This document shows positions 54,694 to 64,000 of a stretch of 64,000 nt of DNA, piece after piece (position 1 is the stretch's first letter; every line of letters starts with the position of its first letter). This DNA is from an uncultured Verrucomicrobia subdivision 3 bacterium (GTDB taxonomy: Bacteria > Verrucomicrobiota > Verrucomicrobiia > Limisphaerales > UBA11358): the NCBI GenBank assembly GCA_903842235.1, contig CAIMLG010000162.1, positions 3,115 to 67,114 of the forward strand. The letters are read 5' to 3'. Made by a program: the position numbers and the translations under genes. Below the pieces are notes generated by a model that made no database searches, was not told the origin of the DNA, and saw only the letters and a list, made by a program, of their open reading frames with translations.

Positions 54694-57600
54694 TCAAAGG
54701 GCACGATGGACGATGATGCTGCATTCAAACTTCGGGTCGAAATAGCGATCCACCCCGCCGGTCAAGAGAACCACCGCCCGCTTGCGCGGATTATTGTTAT
54801 CAACTTGGAAAACTAGGCGACGGTCGTGGAAGTCGGTGCGGCGCGGGCCGCTGGTGGTTACCCGCCGCACCTCCAAAACGGTGCCGTGCGTTTTTAGCGC
54901 TTTTTCAAATTCTCCTATCATGCGCTTTTGATCTGGCGTGCCGGTATCGCGGGTCTTGAGTTCCAGCTTGGCTGGCCACTTCTGCCAGAGCTTCGCCACT
55001 TCACCAAGGAAGTTGCGTAAGGCGTTGTATTGCCAGTCGTCTGCCAGCGCGTAGGGGTCTTCAATGCGGATGAGGGAGAAGGCTTGACCACGGCAAAAAC
55101 CGAAATCACTCGCCAGATTGCGCGATTCGCCGGTCCGATATTCCCGCAGTGTCAGGTCGGCGGGCTTGGCCGGCGCGGTAATCTTGAGTTCTTCCCAACC
55201 TTCGCGGAAGGCGGGAAGCGCCTCGGCCGTGAATCCCGGCCCCTTCCACAAGGGCGGCGGCAATGGTTGATCCAGAAAAGCGGATCCGATGCCAGCCGGT
55301 GTAAACCAAGCCACCCCGCCGTTGCGCCCCGGATTGGTTAAGACGCGCGGCCAGGCACTGGCGTCAAACCCTCGTGGGAGTTTCCAGATCTTCAGGCTGC
55401 CATCTGCCAGTCGCGGTTGAAGTTCGTGCCAGAGCGCCAGGCTGCCGGAAAATTCCGGACTGAATACGGGGGCCTGTGCCAGTGCCAGCTCGAGCCGCCG
55501 CCCCTCAGCCGCTGCCATCCACGCAATCAGCTTTCGCACGAATGCCAGAGTTCCCGGTGGTAGAAAACTGTCGTGGTTGTCGCCCGCCGGTTGAAGGTTA
55601 AATAGGGTCGGCGCAACAGCGATAAGATGATTGGTCTGGCCCAACTCCGCGAGCAACAAGGGAGTGCCTTCACTGATTTCCATTGGTGCGGCTTTGAAAC
55701 GGGCATAAGGGTTCTCGGGTTGTTCCGCGCCCAGGATCAGGTTGAGCCAGCGCAAGACCGGCTGGCGGTCGAGTTTCTCCCAGACCCGCTGGTTGTCGTA
55801 GTCCTGCAAGCACACGCGACAAGCGTGCGTGCATCCGGCCCGGCAATTGAGTGCGTCCCGCGCGCCCAGGAGCAGGTCGCGCATCGAATACCTGTCCACC
55901 AGCATTCGGCAGTAGCCCGCGCCGCCAGCCACGGTGTCGTAAAGAATCACTTCTGGATAACCGAATAGTCGGTTACGAACCGTGGCAGCAAGCTCGCGCG
56001 GTTCAATGCCCAGCAAGTCGGTTCCGCCGCGCCGGACCGCTTCCGCAAGTGTGCGCGTGAAACGTTCCATCCAGTCATCGATTTCGTTAAGCGGGAGGTC
56101 TTTTGGCACCGGTGGGGTGTGATCGAGGCGCACTTGAAGCACGTCAGTGCGGAATTCGTGCGCCAGGTCTTCGTGCGGATGCCAGTAGGGACGCTCGCAG
56201 TTGAGATTGAACGGTGTCTGGTGGGCTCGGGTTTTTTCCTGTCGCTCATCATGAGCGCTCTTGAGCAGCTTGGTGTAGCCGCAACCACAGCGGAGAAATC
56301 CCGCGCCACGCCCTTTGTTGACCACGAACATCCGGCCCAGTTTTGCATCCTGCCAGGCCCAGCTGGTGCGGGCTACATTGGCGGGTTTCAGGAAAAAAGT
56401 TGCCTCATCGGCCGCGCTCAGTAACCGTGCTTCTTGTGCCGGGGCGGGCCGCAGCCGCGTAAGCCCCGGATCTTGACCATTGGGTTTGTCGCTGCAGGTG
56501 ACAAAACTTTTCGGCTCGATGAACGCTCGCGCGGAAGTGACCGGTATCACCCGGGAGCATTTGGGACAGGCTCCGTCAAAGTCAGCCCTTTCCTCGGCGG
56601 TTTCCACGTGACGGCATTCCGGGCATTCGCGGTAATAACGGGTGGGCATGAAGTGCTTGGGATACTGTCCGATGCCGTAGCTTTCCCAGACGCGACCGGC
56701 AGCAATGACCTGTGCTCCCGGCGCGTATTCGCTGATGCCGAGTCGGGCATCACGCACCAATAAAATGTCCTCTTCCCAGGGTCGGCGGAATTGATTGGGC
56801 TTGTTCCCTGATAATACTTCTAATTGCACACTGTTGACCGGAAAACTGTAGGTGGGCAGGAAACCGAGCCGGGGGAAATGCTGGATGATCAATTGTTGTT
56901 GCCACTTCTGCGCTTGGTTCGCCCAAAAGTGATTTTCCCCGGCACGTTGTATATCTCCGGACGTCTCCTGGAAGCGTCCGTGATAATAGCGCCACCGCTC
57001 CCCATACCACGCCGCGCATTCGCGTAATTGTGCTATAAATTCTTGGGTCAGGATTGCATCCTCCACGCGCAGCGATACCGCGAGATCGTTCCCCATCTCT
57101 TGGGCCTCGCGCAAACGGGCACGGCCTTCCTCCGTCGTGAAATATTTTTCACAATCGGCGATAAAGAGGGTTTCCCGTTCCTCGGAGAAATCCCCGCCGA
57201 GAAACTCCTCAAGTGATGGCGAGCCACTGTCTTGACCGACCCCGCGATACTGGAGTAATCCGCCCAATAGCACCGAAAACTGGTGTCGCCGGAAAAGTCG
57301 CTCATTTGCGAGGTGCACAAACGGTGTGCGTGGCTCCAGCCGCAAATAACTTTCGGATTCGAGGAACACCGACTGGTCATAGTTGCGATCTTGCGCGACG
57401 GTCACACTCACGGGGGCGGCTTGCGCCCGGCGACCGGCGCGACCAGTGCGCTGCTGATAGTTTTGGATTCCCGGCGGCACATTGCGGCAGACCACCGCCT
57501 CCAGCTCGCCAATATCCACACCGAGTTCCATTGTGGTCGTGCAACTCAAGAGGCTGACTTTGCCTTCCTTAAAATCGCGTTCAAGCTGTTCCCGCAGGCG

Positions 57601-60582
57601 ATTATTGATGGCGGCAGTGTGCTCTTTCACGATCATTCCCGCGTATCGGGGGCGCAGGTAGAGCCCAAAGTAATGTCCCTCATTTTGTTCCCGGCTGCGT
57701 TCCGTCTCGCTCAAGGTTTCCAGTTCGCCGTCGCACCGGAAGGTGGTGCATTTGCCGAGGACGCTGGTGAATTGCCGCAAGCCGCACTTGCGGCAACGAT
57801 GCAGGGGCGTGGACCGCCCGTCGTTGAAGACCAGCTGATTGGCATCGAGCAGAAAGGCCCCGGGTTGCTGCGTGTCCTGCACCAACAATCCCGCTTGGCG
57901 GAGCGCCTGAAACGCCTCGTTCAATACGGTTTGCCAATTGTCCAGCTTGAGTTGTTCCTTCAGAAAATGGCTTCGTCGGTTGGCATAAACGCGGCCCGCT
58001 TCATTGATCGTCGGCATCCAGCTGAAACGAACTTGTGCCGTGGCCCCGGTCAGGGAAACGCGCAAATTCCGGTTCGCATGATTTTCTCCCCAAATGAAGG
58101 AGTCTTCCAACGACACGTTGCTGGGCTTGTTGATGCAGCGGGCGCGCCGGACCGTTTCCACGAGCGCCTCCAAAAGCGCCCCGGCGTGCGGTTGCAAAGT
58201 TGCCGGTAGCGAGGCGCCAAAGATCTGTGCGGCCTTGGTGAGCTTTTCTTTGTCTAACGTAACGCGCACTAGGCCGAGTGCTTCCAACGACGTGCGCCGA
58301 CCAGTCGGCAGACAAAATTCCGCTGCGAGTTTTCCGCGAAGGAAATCCTGAAAATCATCTTCGTTGTCAAAAACTTCGCCGTCACGATCCACAAAACTCC
58401 GCGTGGCCGAGAGTAAGTCGTGAACATTTGAAGTGAGCCGGTTGAGACGTTGTCCGCCGGGGTTGTCATCGAAAGCGCGCATGATCGCCCAGCGCAGCAG
58501 GATGTCTTGGTTTGTGCGTTGAAGGTAGGGTGCAAAAAAAGCGGCATCTTGCCGGTTGTCTGAAAAGGCCAGCAGGCGGCGGCCTTGTCCCGGCGTCATC
58601 CAGGGGGTTATTTTTTCCGGCAGCCGTTGATAAAGCGCATCGGTGACGATGGCCGACAGGGCAAAATTACCCGGATGAAACCCGGTCACCACCTCGGCGT
58701 CGGTCCCGGCAGTGCCGCCGCAGGCCGGACATTTGCGAAGGTAACGCCCACCCCCACCACTTCCGTCATCATCCACGGCCAGTGTCACCAATCGTAGCGC
58801 AACGGTCGGCCCGGTGGCGGGATTAATCTCACCGGTTTGCGGGTTAATTTGCCAGATGTCATCCGGCGTTGCCGACGCTTCGCCGGTATCATCATCCTCA
58901 TCGTCAAAACTGCTGGATGGTTCACCCAGCCAAAAAATGCGCCGCTCAGCGTGTGGTGCTTTTCGCCGGCTGGGCAGAAGTTCTATGCCGTCTTGAAAGC
59001 CCTCCACATAAGGCTGGCCACATTTCCGGCAGACCAGCAGCCGGTATAGGTTGTTCCCATCCTGCTCAAACTTGGCACCCAGCCTCGCCTCAGCAAAGCC
59101 CTCGGCGCCCGTCGCCAGCCTCACGGTCACATTATCCACGCCGTTGGCAAAAAAATGATACCGCGCGGGCAGTAATGAAAATTCTTCGGGACGCAAGCGG
59201 GCACGAATGCCAACACTGATCAATCCCGACAACCCGGCCTCTGCTTCCGCTCCTTCGACTCCGAAAATTCGTTTCGCCAGGGCTGCAAAAGGCATGGCGC
59301 CCGCACCGGCTAAGGCTTCCGAAGCGCCGCGCATTTCCTTCGTGAGGGCGGAGATCCGGGCCAAACCCTGTTCAAGCGGTTCGGCATTGGCGATCTTGAT
59401 CGTGCTTTTATGCCCTTCTGAAAGCTCCGAACTGTCCACTGCAGCGTTCCAGGCGTCCACCGTTTGTTCATCGGCCCGATCCGGAACGGCAAGGGTAGTT
59501 CCGAGCGTTGCCCACACTCGAGGTGGTAGCGAAAGCAGGCCGCTCGGCTTATTGAGTAGCAAAGAGTGCGCCTGCCGTTCACCGCGAATGACCCGGCTGA
59601 AGGGCGCACCGAAAAGATCCGAAGCAAACCGGATGATGTCTTTCTCCACCGCTGCCCCCTTTGCCAGACTGGCGCTGGTGCCGATGCAGCGAACCTGCTT
59701 TGGTGCAATTCCCAGCCGGCACCGCAGTTTTCGCAACAGCAAGGCGACCTCGCTTGCCTGTGCTCCGGCATAGGTGTGAACTTCATCAAGCACTAGAAAC
59801 TTGAGCACGGGATGACGGAACAGTGCGGCATTTTTGGGGAACAACAGTAGGTGTTCCAACATCGCATAGTTCGTGATCAGAATGTGCGGCGGATGCGCGA
59901 GCATTTCCTGCCGTGTGAGTTGCCAATTGACAGGAATGCTGCTGCCGAAAAGAGTCCGCAGCGACGGGTCGGATGCCATCACGTCTTGAACCGCGTTTTC
60001 ACGGCTGACATCATTGCGTGTTAGACCGGTGAAGCGTCCAACCTTGATACCCTCAGACGCGAATCGTCCGACGAACATTGGAACGATGCGCTTGTAAAGC
60101 TGATCATTGGCCAGTGCATTTAGCGGATAGACTAATAATGCCCGCACCCCTGGCTTTTTCCGTTGCTCCGGCGTTTCTTTTAGCAGGGCGTCGAGGATCG
60201 GATAAAGAAAGCATTCCGTCTTGCCGCTGCCCGTGCCGGTCGCCACCACCACGTTATGTTGATCACCCACGATGGCTTTCAGGGCCTCCCCTTGATGCAG
60301 GTGAAGCGGACGGGTGTATTCAATTTCAACCAGCTTGGAAAAACCTTGATGCAGTAAGGGTGCTTTGCCCGTGGCCAGCGACTGGAGGGATTCACCCTTC
60401 CGAAAATCCGGGAGTGCCTCCACATACGGTCCTTTGAGTAAAAGCCCAGATTGGTTGAGCAAATTCTCAATTTCCCCTGCCAATTTGGGGTAGGTGCGAC
60501 TGATCGGGAGGGCCGACCTAAGGTAGCGGCGGACGCTGGCCTCCAGGCCGCGACCCATTGTGATGGGATTGGTTTCATTCAT
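54694..60582 (-). CDS. druE: DruE-like giant DEAD/DEAH helicase with DUF1998-type zinc module and extra C-terminal domains
   Basis: VVATGTGSGKTE (Walker A), LVLDEVHTYAG (DEVH), TTTMELGVDIGELEAVVCRNVPPGIQNYQQRTGRAGRR (motifs V-VI). Cys clusters are CPECRHV...CPKCS and CRAGCTHACRVCLQDYDNQ. It is 1962 aa and preceded by a large unknown gene. Confidence 0.75.
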   Translation of the reverse strand: MNETNPITMGRGLEASVRRYLRSALPISRTYPKLAGEIENLLNQSGLLLKGPYVEALPDFRKGESLQSLATGKAPLLHQGFSKLVEIEYTRPLHLHQGEALKAIVGDQHNVVVATGTGSGKTECFLYPILDALLKETPEQRKKPGVRALLVYPLNALANDQLYKRIVPMFVGRFASEGIKVGRFTGLTRNDVSRENAVQDVMASDPSLRTLFGSSIPVNWQLTRQEMLAHPPHILITNYAMLEHLLLFPKNAALFRHPVLKFLVLDEVHTYAGAQASEVALLLRKLRCRLGIAPKQVRCIGTSASLAKGAAVEKDIIRFASDLFGAPFSRVIRGERQAHSLLLNKPSGLLSLPPRVWATLGTTLAVPDRADEQTVDAWNAAVDSSELSEGHKSTIKIANAEPLEQGLARISALTKEMRGASEALAGAGAMPFAALAKRIFGVEGAEAEAGLSGLISVGIRARLRPEEFSLLPARYHFFANGVDNVTVRLATGAEGFAEARLGAKFEQDGNNLYRLLVCRKCGQPYVEGFQDGIELLPSRRKAPHAERRIFWLGEPSSSFDDEDDDTGEASATPDDIWQINPQTGEINPATGPTVALRLVTLAVDDDGSGGGGRYLRKCPACGGTAGTDAEVVTGFHPGNFALSAIVTDALYQRLPEKITPWMTPGQGRRLLAFSDNRQDAAFFAPYLQRTNQDILLRWAIMRAFDDNPGGQRLNRLTSNVHDLLSATRSFVDRDGEVFDNEDDFQDFLRGKLAAEFCLPTGRRTSLEALGLVRVTLDKEKLTKAAQIFGASLPATLQPHAGALLEALVETVRRARCINKPSNVSLEDSFIWGENHANRNLRVSLTGATAQVRFSWMPTINEAGRVYANRRSHFLKEQLKLDNWQTVLNEAFQALRQAGLLVQDTQQPGAFLLDANQLVFNDGRSTPLHRCRKCGLRQFTSVLGKCTTFRCDGELETLSETERSREQNEGHYFGLYLRPRYAGMIVKEHTAAINNRLREQLERDFKEGKVSLLSCTTTMELGVDIGELEAVVCRNVPPGIQNYQQRTGRAGRRAQAAPVSVTVAQDRNYDQSVFLESESYLRLEPRTPFVHLANERLFRRHQFSVLLGGLLQYRGVGQDSGSPSLEEFLGGDFSEERETLFIADCEKYFTTEEGRARLREAQEMGNDLAVSLRVEDAILTQEFIAQLRECAAWYGERWRYYHGRFQETSGDIQRAGENHFWANQAQKWQQQLIIQHFPRLGFLPTYSFPVNSVQLEVLSGNKPNQFRRPWEEDILLVRDARLGISEYAPGAQVIAAGRVWESYGIGQYPKHFMPTRYYRECPECRHVETAEERADFDGACPKCSRVIPVTSARAFIEPKSFVTCSDKPNGQDPGLTRLRPAPAQEARLLSAADEATFFLKPANVARTSWAWQDAKLGRMFVVNKGRGAGFLRCGCGYTKLLKSAHDERQEKTRAHQTPFNLNCERPYWHPHEDLAHEFRTDVLQVRLDHTPPVPKDLPLNEIDDWMERFTRTLAEAVRRGGTDLLGIEPRELAATVRNRLFGYPEVILYDTVAGGAGYCRMLVDRYSMRDLLLGARDALNCRAGCTHACRVCLQDYDNQRVWEKLDRQPVLRWLNLILGAEQPENPYARFKAAPMEISEGTPLLLAELGQTNHLIAVAPTLFNLQPAGDNHDSFLPPGTLAFVRKLIAWMAAAEGRRLELALAQAPVFSPEFSGSLALWHELQPRLADGSLKIWKLPRGFDASAWPRVLTNPGRNGGVAWFTPAGIGSAFLDQPLPPPLWKGPGFTAEALPAFREGWEELKITAPAKPADLTLREYRTGESRNLASDFGFCRGQAFSLIRIEDPYALADDWQYNALRNFLGEVAKLWQKWPAKLELKTRDTGTPDQKRMIGEFEKALKTHGTVLEVRRVTTSGPRRTDFHDRRLVFQVDNNNPRKRAVVLLTGGVDRYFDPKFECSIIVHRAL

Positions 60583-60588
60583 AGGGCG

Positions 60589-63500
60589 TTAATGCGGTCG
60601 GGTGCGGATGATAAATTCCCAGAATTGGAGTTGATGGCCGAAAAGCTCCGGTGCGAGGCCGACCAGAACCGCAATTCCTTGCTCAGCCATCCACCGTTTT
60701 TCAACCTGATTTTCAAGCCAGTTTAAGGTCTCGTCAAATTCAAGCAGATTGACGGTAGCCGCGCGTGCGGCTAGTGCAAACAAGGAGGTGAAGCGCGGCA
60801 CCGCTTCCAGAAAATCCTCTGGAGCGCTGAAATTGGGCCAGGGAGCATTCCATGCAGCTGGGGCCATCACAGATTTATTGCCGAGTCGCTCTTGCAGCCA
60901 AGTGCGAAATTCCGTCGCCGTATGGAGCAGTGCGTTGGCAGCCGCAAGTTGCAGTTCATGGTTTGGTTGGTCGTAACGCCGGACGAGTTCTGCCAAAGCC
61001 CATACATAGTGGGCCTGTCCTAATGTTCCATCACCCGCCCAGTCCGGTGCCAGCTGGTTGCGTTGATGTGTTCCCAAAACACTTTGCCAGTAACGCCCGT
61101 GGGCAAATCCCCCGAACTCGAGCGCAGATGATTCTCCCTGTGGAATGGCGGCGACCTGCGCGAAGTTCGCAAAGCAGGTCACGACATTGAGGTTAATAAA
61201 TGCAAAATCTTGCCGCACCAAATCGGCAATGGAGTCCGCGACCGCTAACCGGCCGCATCGTCGGAGCGCATCATTTAATGGATCGCCTGCGGGTAGCTCC
61301 CGATATTGCGCTCCGGGTAGCGACAGCAGACTGGGGAGGTAAACAAACCCGGCGTGATTTGCATCTTGGCAGGCAAGGTTGAGTAACTTGGTTTGGAGCC
61401 CATCGTTTTGGGCTTGTCGGGCGGCCCGTCCGGCGCGTTGGCTGAGTGAGCGCACGGTGTCTTTAAGCCAGCCAAAGTCTCGCCGGGCAGCGTCCGCTAT
61501 GCCTTGGTGCCGGAGGACAATGATGTCCGTCAGGAGTTCCAGCAGTTCGGAACACCCGGCTTCGTCTAATATGATCTCATCGTTGGATTGCGCCCCCAAG
61601 CCGGATGCGGACCACAACAAATGAGCACGAGTTGAATGTGTGGCTTGCCCGTTTCGGGCACAGATAAAGATGGGCGCATGTTCACGCCCATGTAGCGAGA
61701 CCGGCTCCCATTCGGCATGGTCATCCCGCCGGACCTCGAGTTCGACAAGCCATAGTCCTTCGGGCCAGCCCTTCAGCGGAACAAGGAGCGTGACGGGATG
61801 GACCGGAGCTGCCCCCGGCAAAGTATCGTCCAGCAAGTTGGAACATTTGATTTGTGGAAGGTCTTCAGATGCAAAAACGCATTGCCCGGCAGGGTCAAAT
61901 TGCTGACCGTCCAAAACCCGCCGCTGGTCCGATGCGAGTTCCCGTAAGACCGGTCGCATCCATACGACCTTCTCTGCAAAGTGAAAACGATAACCTCGGT
62001 GTAGTTCATCTCCCACGGCATCCAGTTCGACCGGCTGCAATGGACTGGTAAAACGGGCAATCAGTCTTTCCTTCCCTCCCAATCGCACCCGGATGTCGCC
62101 GCCTTGGGGGAATGCTGTCGCTAGGCTCGCCAGGCTTAACTCCACAAACTCACGTTGATCCCCGCCTATGTCGTGCTGCCACACTTGATTGGCGACGATG
62201 ATCTCCCAGCCTGCTTGTTCGGCCAGCCAAATTCTAAGCCACCGATCCGAATTGAGGCTTGCGGAAAAGGCTTCACCTAAATGGTGGCAATTCGTCGCCG
62301 ATGGTTGGCCGGCGCGCCGCTCCTGCGATTCGAGAAATACGCCCGGCTGAGACCAATGGAACGCCATGCCTTCGCCGTTCACATCAAATGTCAGCGTATG
62401 CCGGCGATGCTGGTCACTGCGGTGGCGGATGAATGTGTCTCCGATGGTAAAACCTTGGCACTCCGAAATGAGCAAATTGTTCGGTGGTGCCGCGATCTTA
62501 AATCCATTGGCGTCTCGCCCAATGAGTCCCTGCCAGAACCAATATTGTGCCTGTGCTTCCACACGACTGCGCTCGCTTCGGCGAAGCGTCATTTCAAACC
62601 GATGGAGCCCCGCCGAGAGCGAGACAAGGTAGTCGCCAGCCTCGACGCGGTATTTCACCATGCCGCCGGCTTCAACTGTGGTGCTGGTCAGTGGCCAAGT
62701 GTGCTCGACTTCTCCATCACGCAGATTAAGGCGCCACGGTGAAATGCATTCTTCTTCGTTTGCCTCAGCGGGCAACCAGATGAAAGGCAACTCCGCCCAG
62801 CCAAAGTAGATCGGCTCGCCGGCTTCGTGCGCGAGCCGCTCGCCCACGGCATCAAAGAAAGGTAATAGTGCGGCGGCAAACGGCCAGGGACCGCCCGCTC
62901 CGCTCTCGAGTTTGACTTCGGCCCCAGGTCGGATTTGAAACAATGAAAGCGCCCGCTCGCCATCAGGCCATTCATATCGTTGTTCCGCTCCTACCAGCGT
63001 GTCGGTTGCGCGATGCAACAGCCAATAGCGCCCGGCAGGTATCGGCCCACCCACGCGGCGCTGTCGCCGGGTGCGTTCGTCAAAAAACAGGAAGGGTTCG
63101 GCGAGATCATCAAGCCGAAGCACAAATGTGCGCGGCGGCAATGCCCCAAGGATCAGACCGGACAATTCGACTACCACGCGCGGTCGGTCGGTGACCTTCA
63201 ACACAAATTCCTCGGTTCGTGGTGTGGGAAATCGACGACCATCCGCCAACCAAGTCAGCCCGCCCGCGGTAACCATACCGGTATCCTGTCTTGGGCCGAC
63301 GATTTCCAAGGAGCCAAAGTCCTCACCGAGCCGAAGAAAGGGTTGGTGCGCCGACCGGCGCAGAGTGCCGCGTCCGGCGTTTTCAAATACACGTTCCAGT
63401 TCCTGACCAAGTCGGGGATTGATGCCGGTGAAGTCACCCGTGAGCACCACGCTGAGCGCAACCTCACAGATGCGCGGCCCGGCTGGGCCGCGTAGCGCAC

Positions 63501-64000
63501 GCTTTAGCGTTGGGACATTGATGGGTTGGAGGCTGTCCAGCACCGCATCGCGTAACTGCTCCCCGGCGTCGGGTGCCTCCGCGTCGGGCAGGCCATAACT
63601 CCGCTCGACTTTGCGGACATGCTGCGCAAAACCGCCACAACGGTCGAGGGGCAAGCCTGCTTGATGCAGAAATTCGGCAACAATGTTATGTCCCCCCAGA
63701 TCCTCGGCCGCAAGCCACGACGCCATTGACCGACGGCACGCGTTGCGAAACCGCATTGCAAACTGATCCCGTTGGTTGGTTGGGATCGCGACTCCAATGA
63801 GATCTTCGAATTTTTCCCAAAAGGCCCCCGCTTCGTATGCTTCACCGGCCTTGCGCGCAAGCCAAACAGCAAGACAGGCTGGATAATCACGCAATAAAAA
63901 AAAGAGCGTTTGCCATCGTGGCCGCGCTCTCTGGTCTGCCTCATCCACAACGAGCTGTCGTATAATGGCCGATTCTTCCTCCGAAAGCGACGCAAGCCCA
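60589..64000 (-). CDS. large unknown protein upstream of the DruE-like helicase (DruH-like); 5' end may lie outside window
   Basis: ORF of at least 1119 aa ending 6 nt before the helicase start. The listed start at 63948 is GTG, and the frame stays open upstream to the window edge. No motif was recognised. The DruH assignment rests on size and synteny only. Confidence 0.5.
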   Translation of the reverse strand, partial: GLASLSEEESAIIRQLVVDEADQRARPRWQTLFFLLRDYPACLAVWLARKAGEAYEAGAFWEKFEDLIGVAIPTNQRDQFAMRFRNACRRSMASWLAAEDLGGHNIVAEFLHQAGLPLDRCGGFAQHVRKVERSYGLPDAEAPDAGEQLRDAVLDSLQPINVPTLKRALRGPAGPRICEVALSVVLTGDFTGINPRLGQELERVFENAGRGTLRRSAHQPFLRLGEDFGSLEIVGPRQDTGMVTAGGLTWLADGRRFPTPRTEEFVLKVTDRPRVVVELSGLILGALPPRTFVLRLDDLAEPFLFFDERTRRQRRVGGPIPAGRYWLLHRATDTLVGAEQRYEWPDGERALSLFQIRPGAEVKLESGAGGPWPFAAALLPFFDAVGERLAHEAGEPIYFGWAELPFIWLPAEANEEECISPWRLNLRDGEVEHTWPLTSTTVEAGGMVKYRVEAGDYLVSLSAGLHRFEMTLRRSERSRVEAQAQYWFWQGLIGRDANGFKIAAPPNNLLISECQGFTIGDTFIRHRSDQHRRHTLTFDVNGEGMAFHWSQPGVFLESQERRAGQPSATNCHHLGEAFSASLNSDRWLRIWLAEQAGWEIIVANQVWQHDIGGDQREFVELSLASLATAFPQGGDIRVRLGGKERLIARFTSPLQPVELDAVGDELHRGYRFHFAEKVVWMRPVLRELASDQRRVLDGQQFDPAGQCVFASEDLPQIKCSNLLDDTLPGAAPVHPVTLLVPLKGWPEGLWLVELEVRRDDHAEWEPVSLHGREHAPIFICARNGQATHSTRAHLLWSASGLGAQSNDEIILDEAGCSELLELLTDIIVLRHQGIADAARRDFGWLKDTVRSLSQRAGRAARQAQNDGLQTKLLNLACQDANHAGFVYLPSLLSLPGAQYRELPAGDPLNDALRRCGRLAVADSIADLVRQDFAFINLNVVTCFANFAQVAAIPQGESSALEFGGFAHGRYWQSVLGTHQRNQLAPDWAGDGTLGQAHYVWALAELVRRYDQPNHELQLAAANALLHTATEFRTWLQERLGNKSVMAPAAWNAPWPNFSAPEDFLEAVPRFTSLFALAARAATVNLLEFDETLNWLENQVEKRWMAEQGIAVLVGLAPELFGHQLQFWEFIIRTRPH

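Noticed and set aside
30267-60582. Reading the PLD (30267..32381), SNF2 (32378..35833) and helicase-DUF1998 (54694..60582) genes together as one DISARM system (DrmC, DrmD, DrmA/B).
   Set aside because: The helicase-DUF1998 gene is on the opposite strand, ~19 kb away, and separated by the entire BREX operon. No dedicated DISARM methyltransferase is adjacent. The helicase is better explained with its upstream partner as a Druantia III-like pair. A functional relationship cannot be excluded, but it is not supported by gene order.
1-64000. CRISPR arrays, rRNA genes and IS elements/transposases.
   Set aside because: Reading through the window, I saw no regularly spaced direct repeats, no rRNA-like conserved stretches and no transposase-like ORFs. 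This was visual inspection only, not a computed repeat search.

Overview
GC-rich bacterial chromosomal segment. All calls rest on motif recognition, gene order and inspection of the sequence; no database search was run. The protein repertoire hints at a Verrucomicrobiota-like origin (secreted discoidin/FN3/NHL proteins ending in ...FYRV, a sulfatase leader, GT-C membrane proteins), but this is inference only.

(1) 1-15.2 kb is core-genome-like. It holds a discoidin/FN3 protein, a sulfatase remnant joined to an NHL-repeat ORF, a transglutaminase-like DUF3857-type protein, a DUF5679-type zinc ribbon, a tandem-NDK protein, mfd, two GT-C glycosyltransferase-like membrane proteins and a DHPS-like protein.

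(2) tRNA-Arg(TCT) at 15213-15289 is followed directly by a tyrosine integrase and a ~7 kb lower-GC integrative, satellite-like element. It carries an excisionase-like HTH, a Toprim+AAA primase-helicase, a sigma-70 factor and hypotheticals. No attR was found.

(3) 23.6-64 kb is a ~40 kb defence island built from two convergent, tightly packed gene trains.
- Plus strand: a compact Wadjet-like jetABCD set, translationally coupled to an unknown 440-aa protein, a two-HKD PLD nuclease and an SNF2 helicase.
- Minus strand: a Druantia type III-like pair (a large unknown protein plus a 1962-aa helicase/DUF1998 protein), a degenerate HNH-like ORF, a small HTH, and a type 1 BREX operon (brxA-brxB-brxC-pglX-pglZ-brxL).
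- In that BREX operon, pglX is split into two ORFs around a Fic gene. Between pglX and pglZ sit an ABC-type ATPase/Toprim pair and a ParA-like ATPase plus a 148-aa ORF.

The most novel-looking items are the unknown+PLD+SNF2 trio fused to the Wadjet operon, the split PglX with embedded Fic, and the ParA-like/148-aa pair inside BREX.
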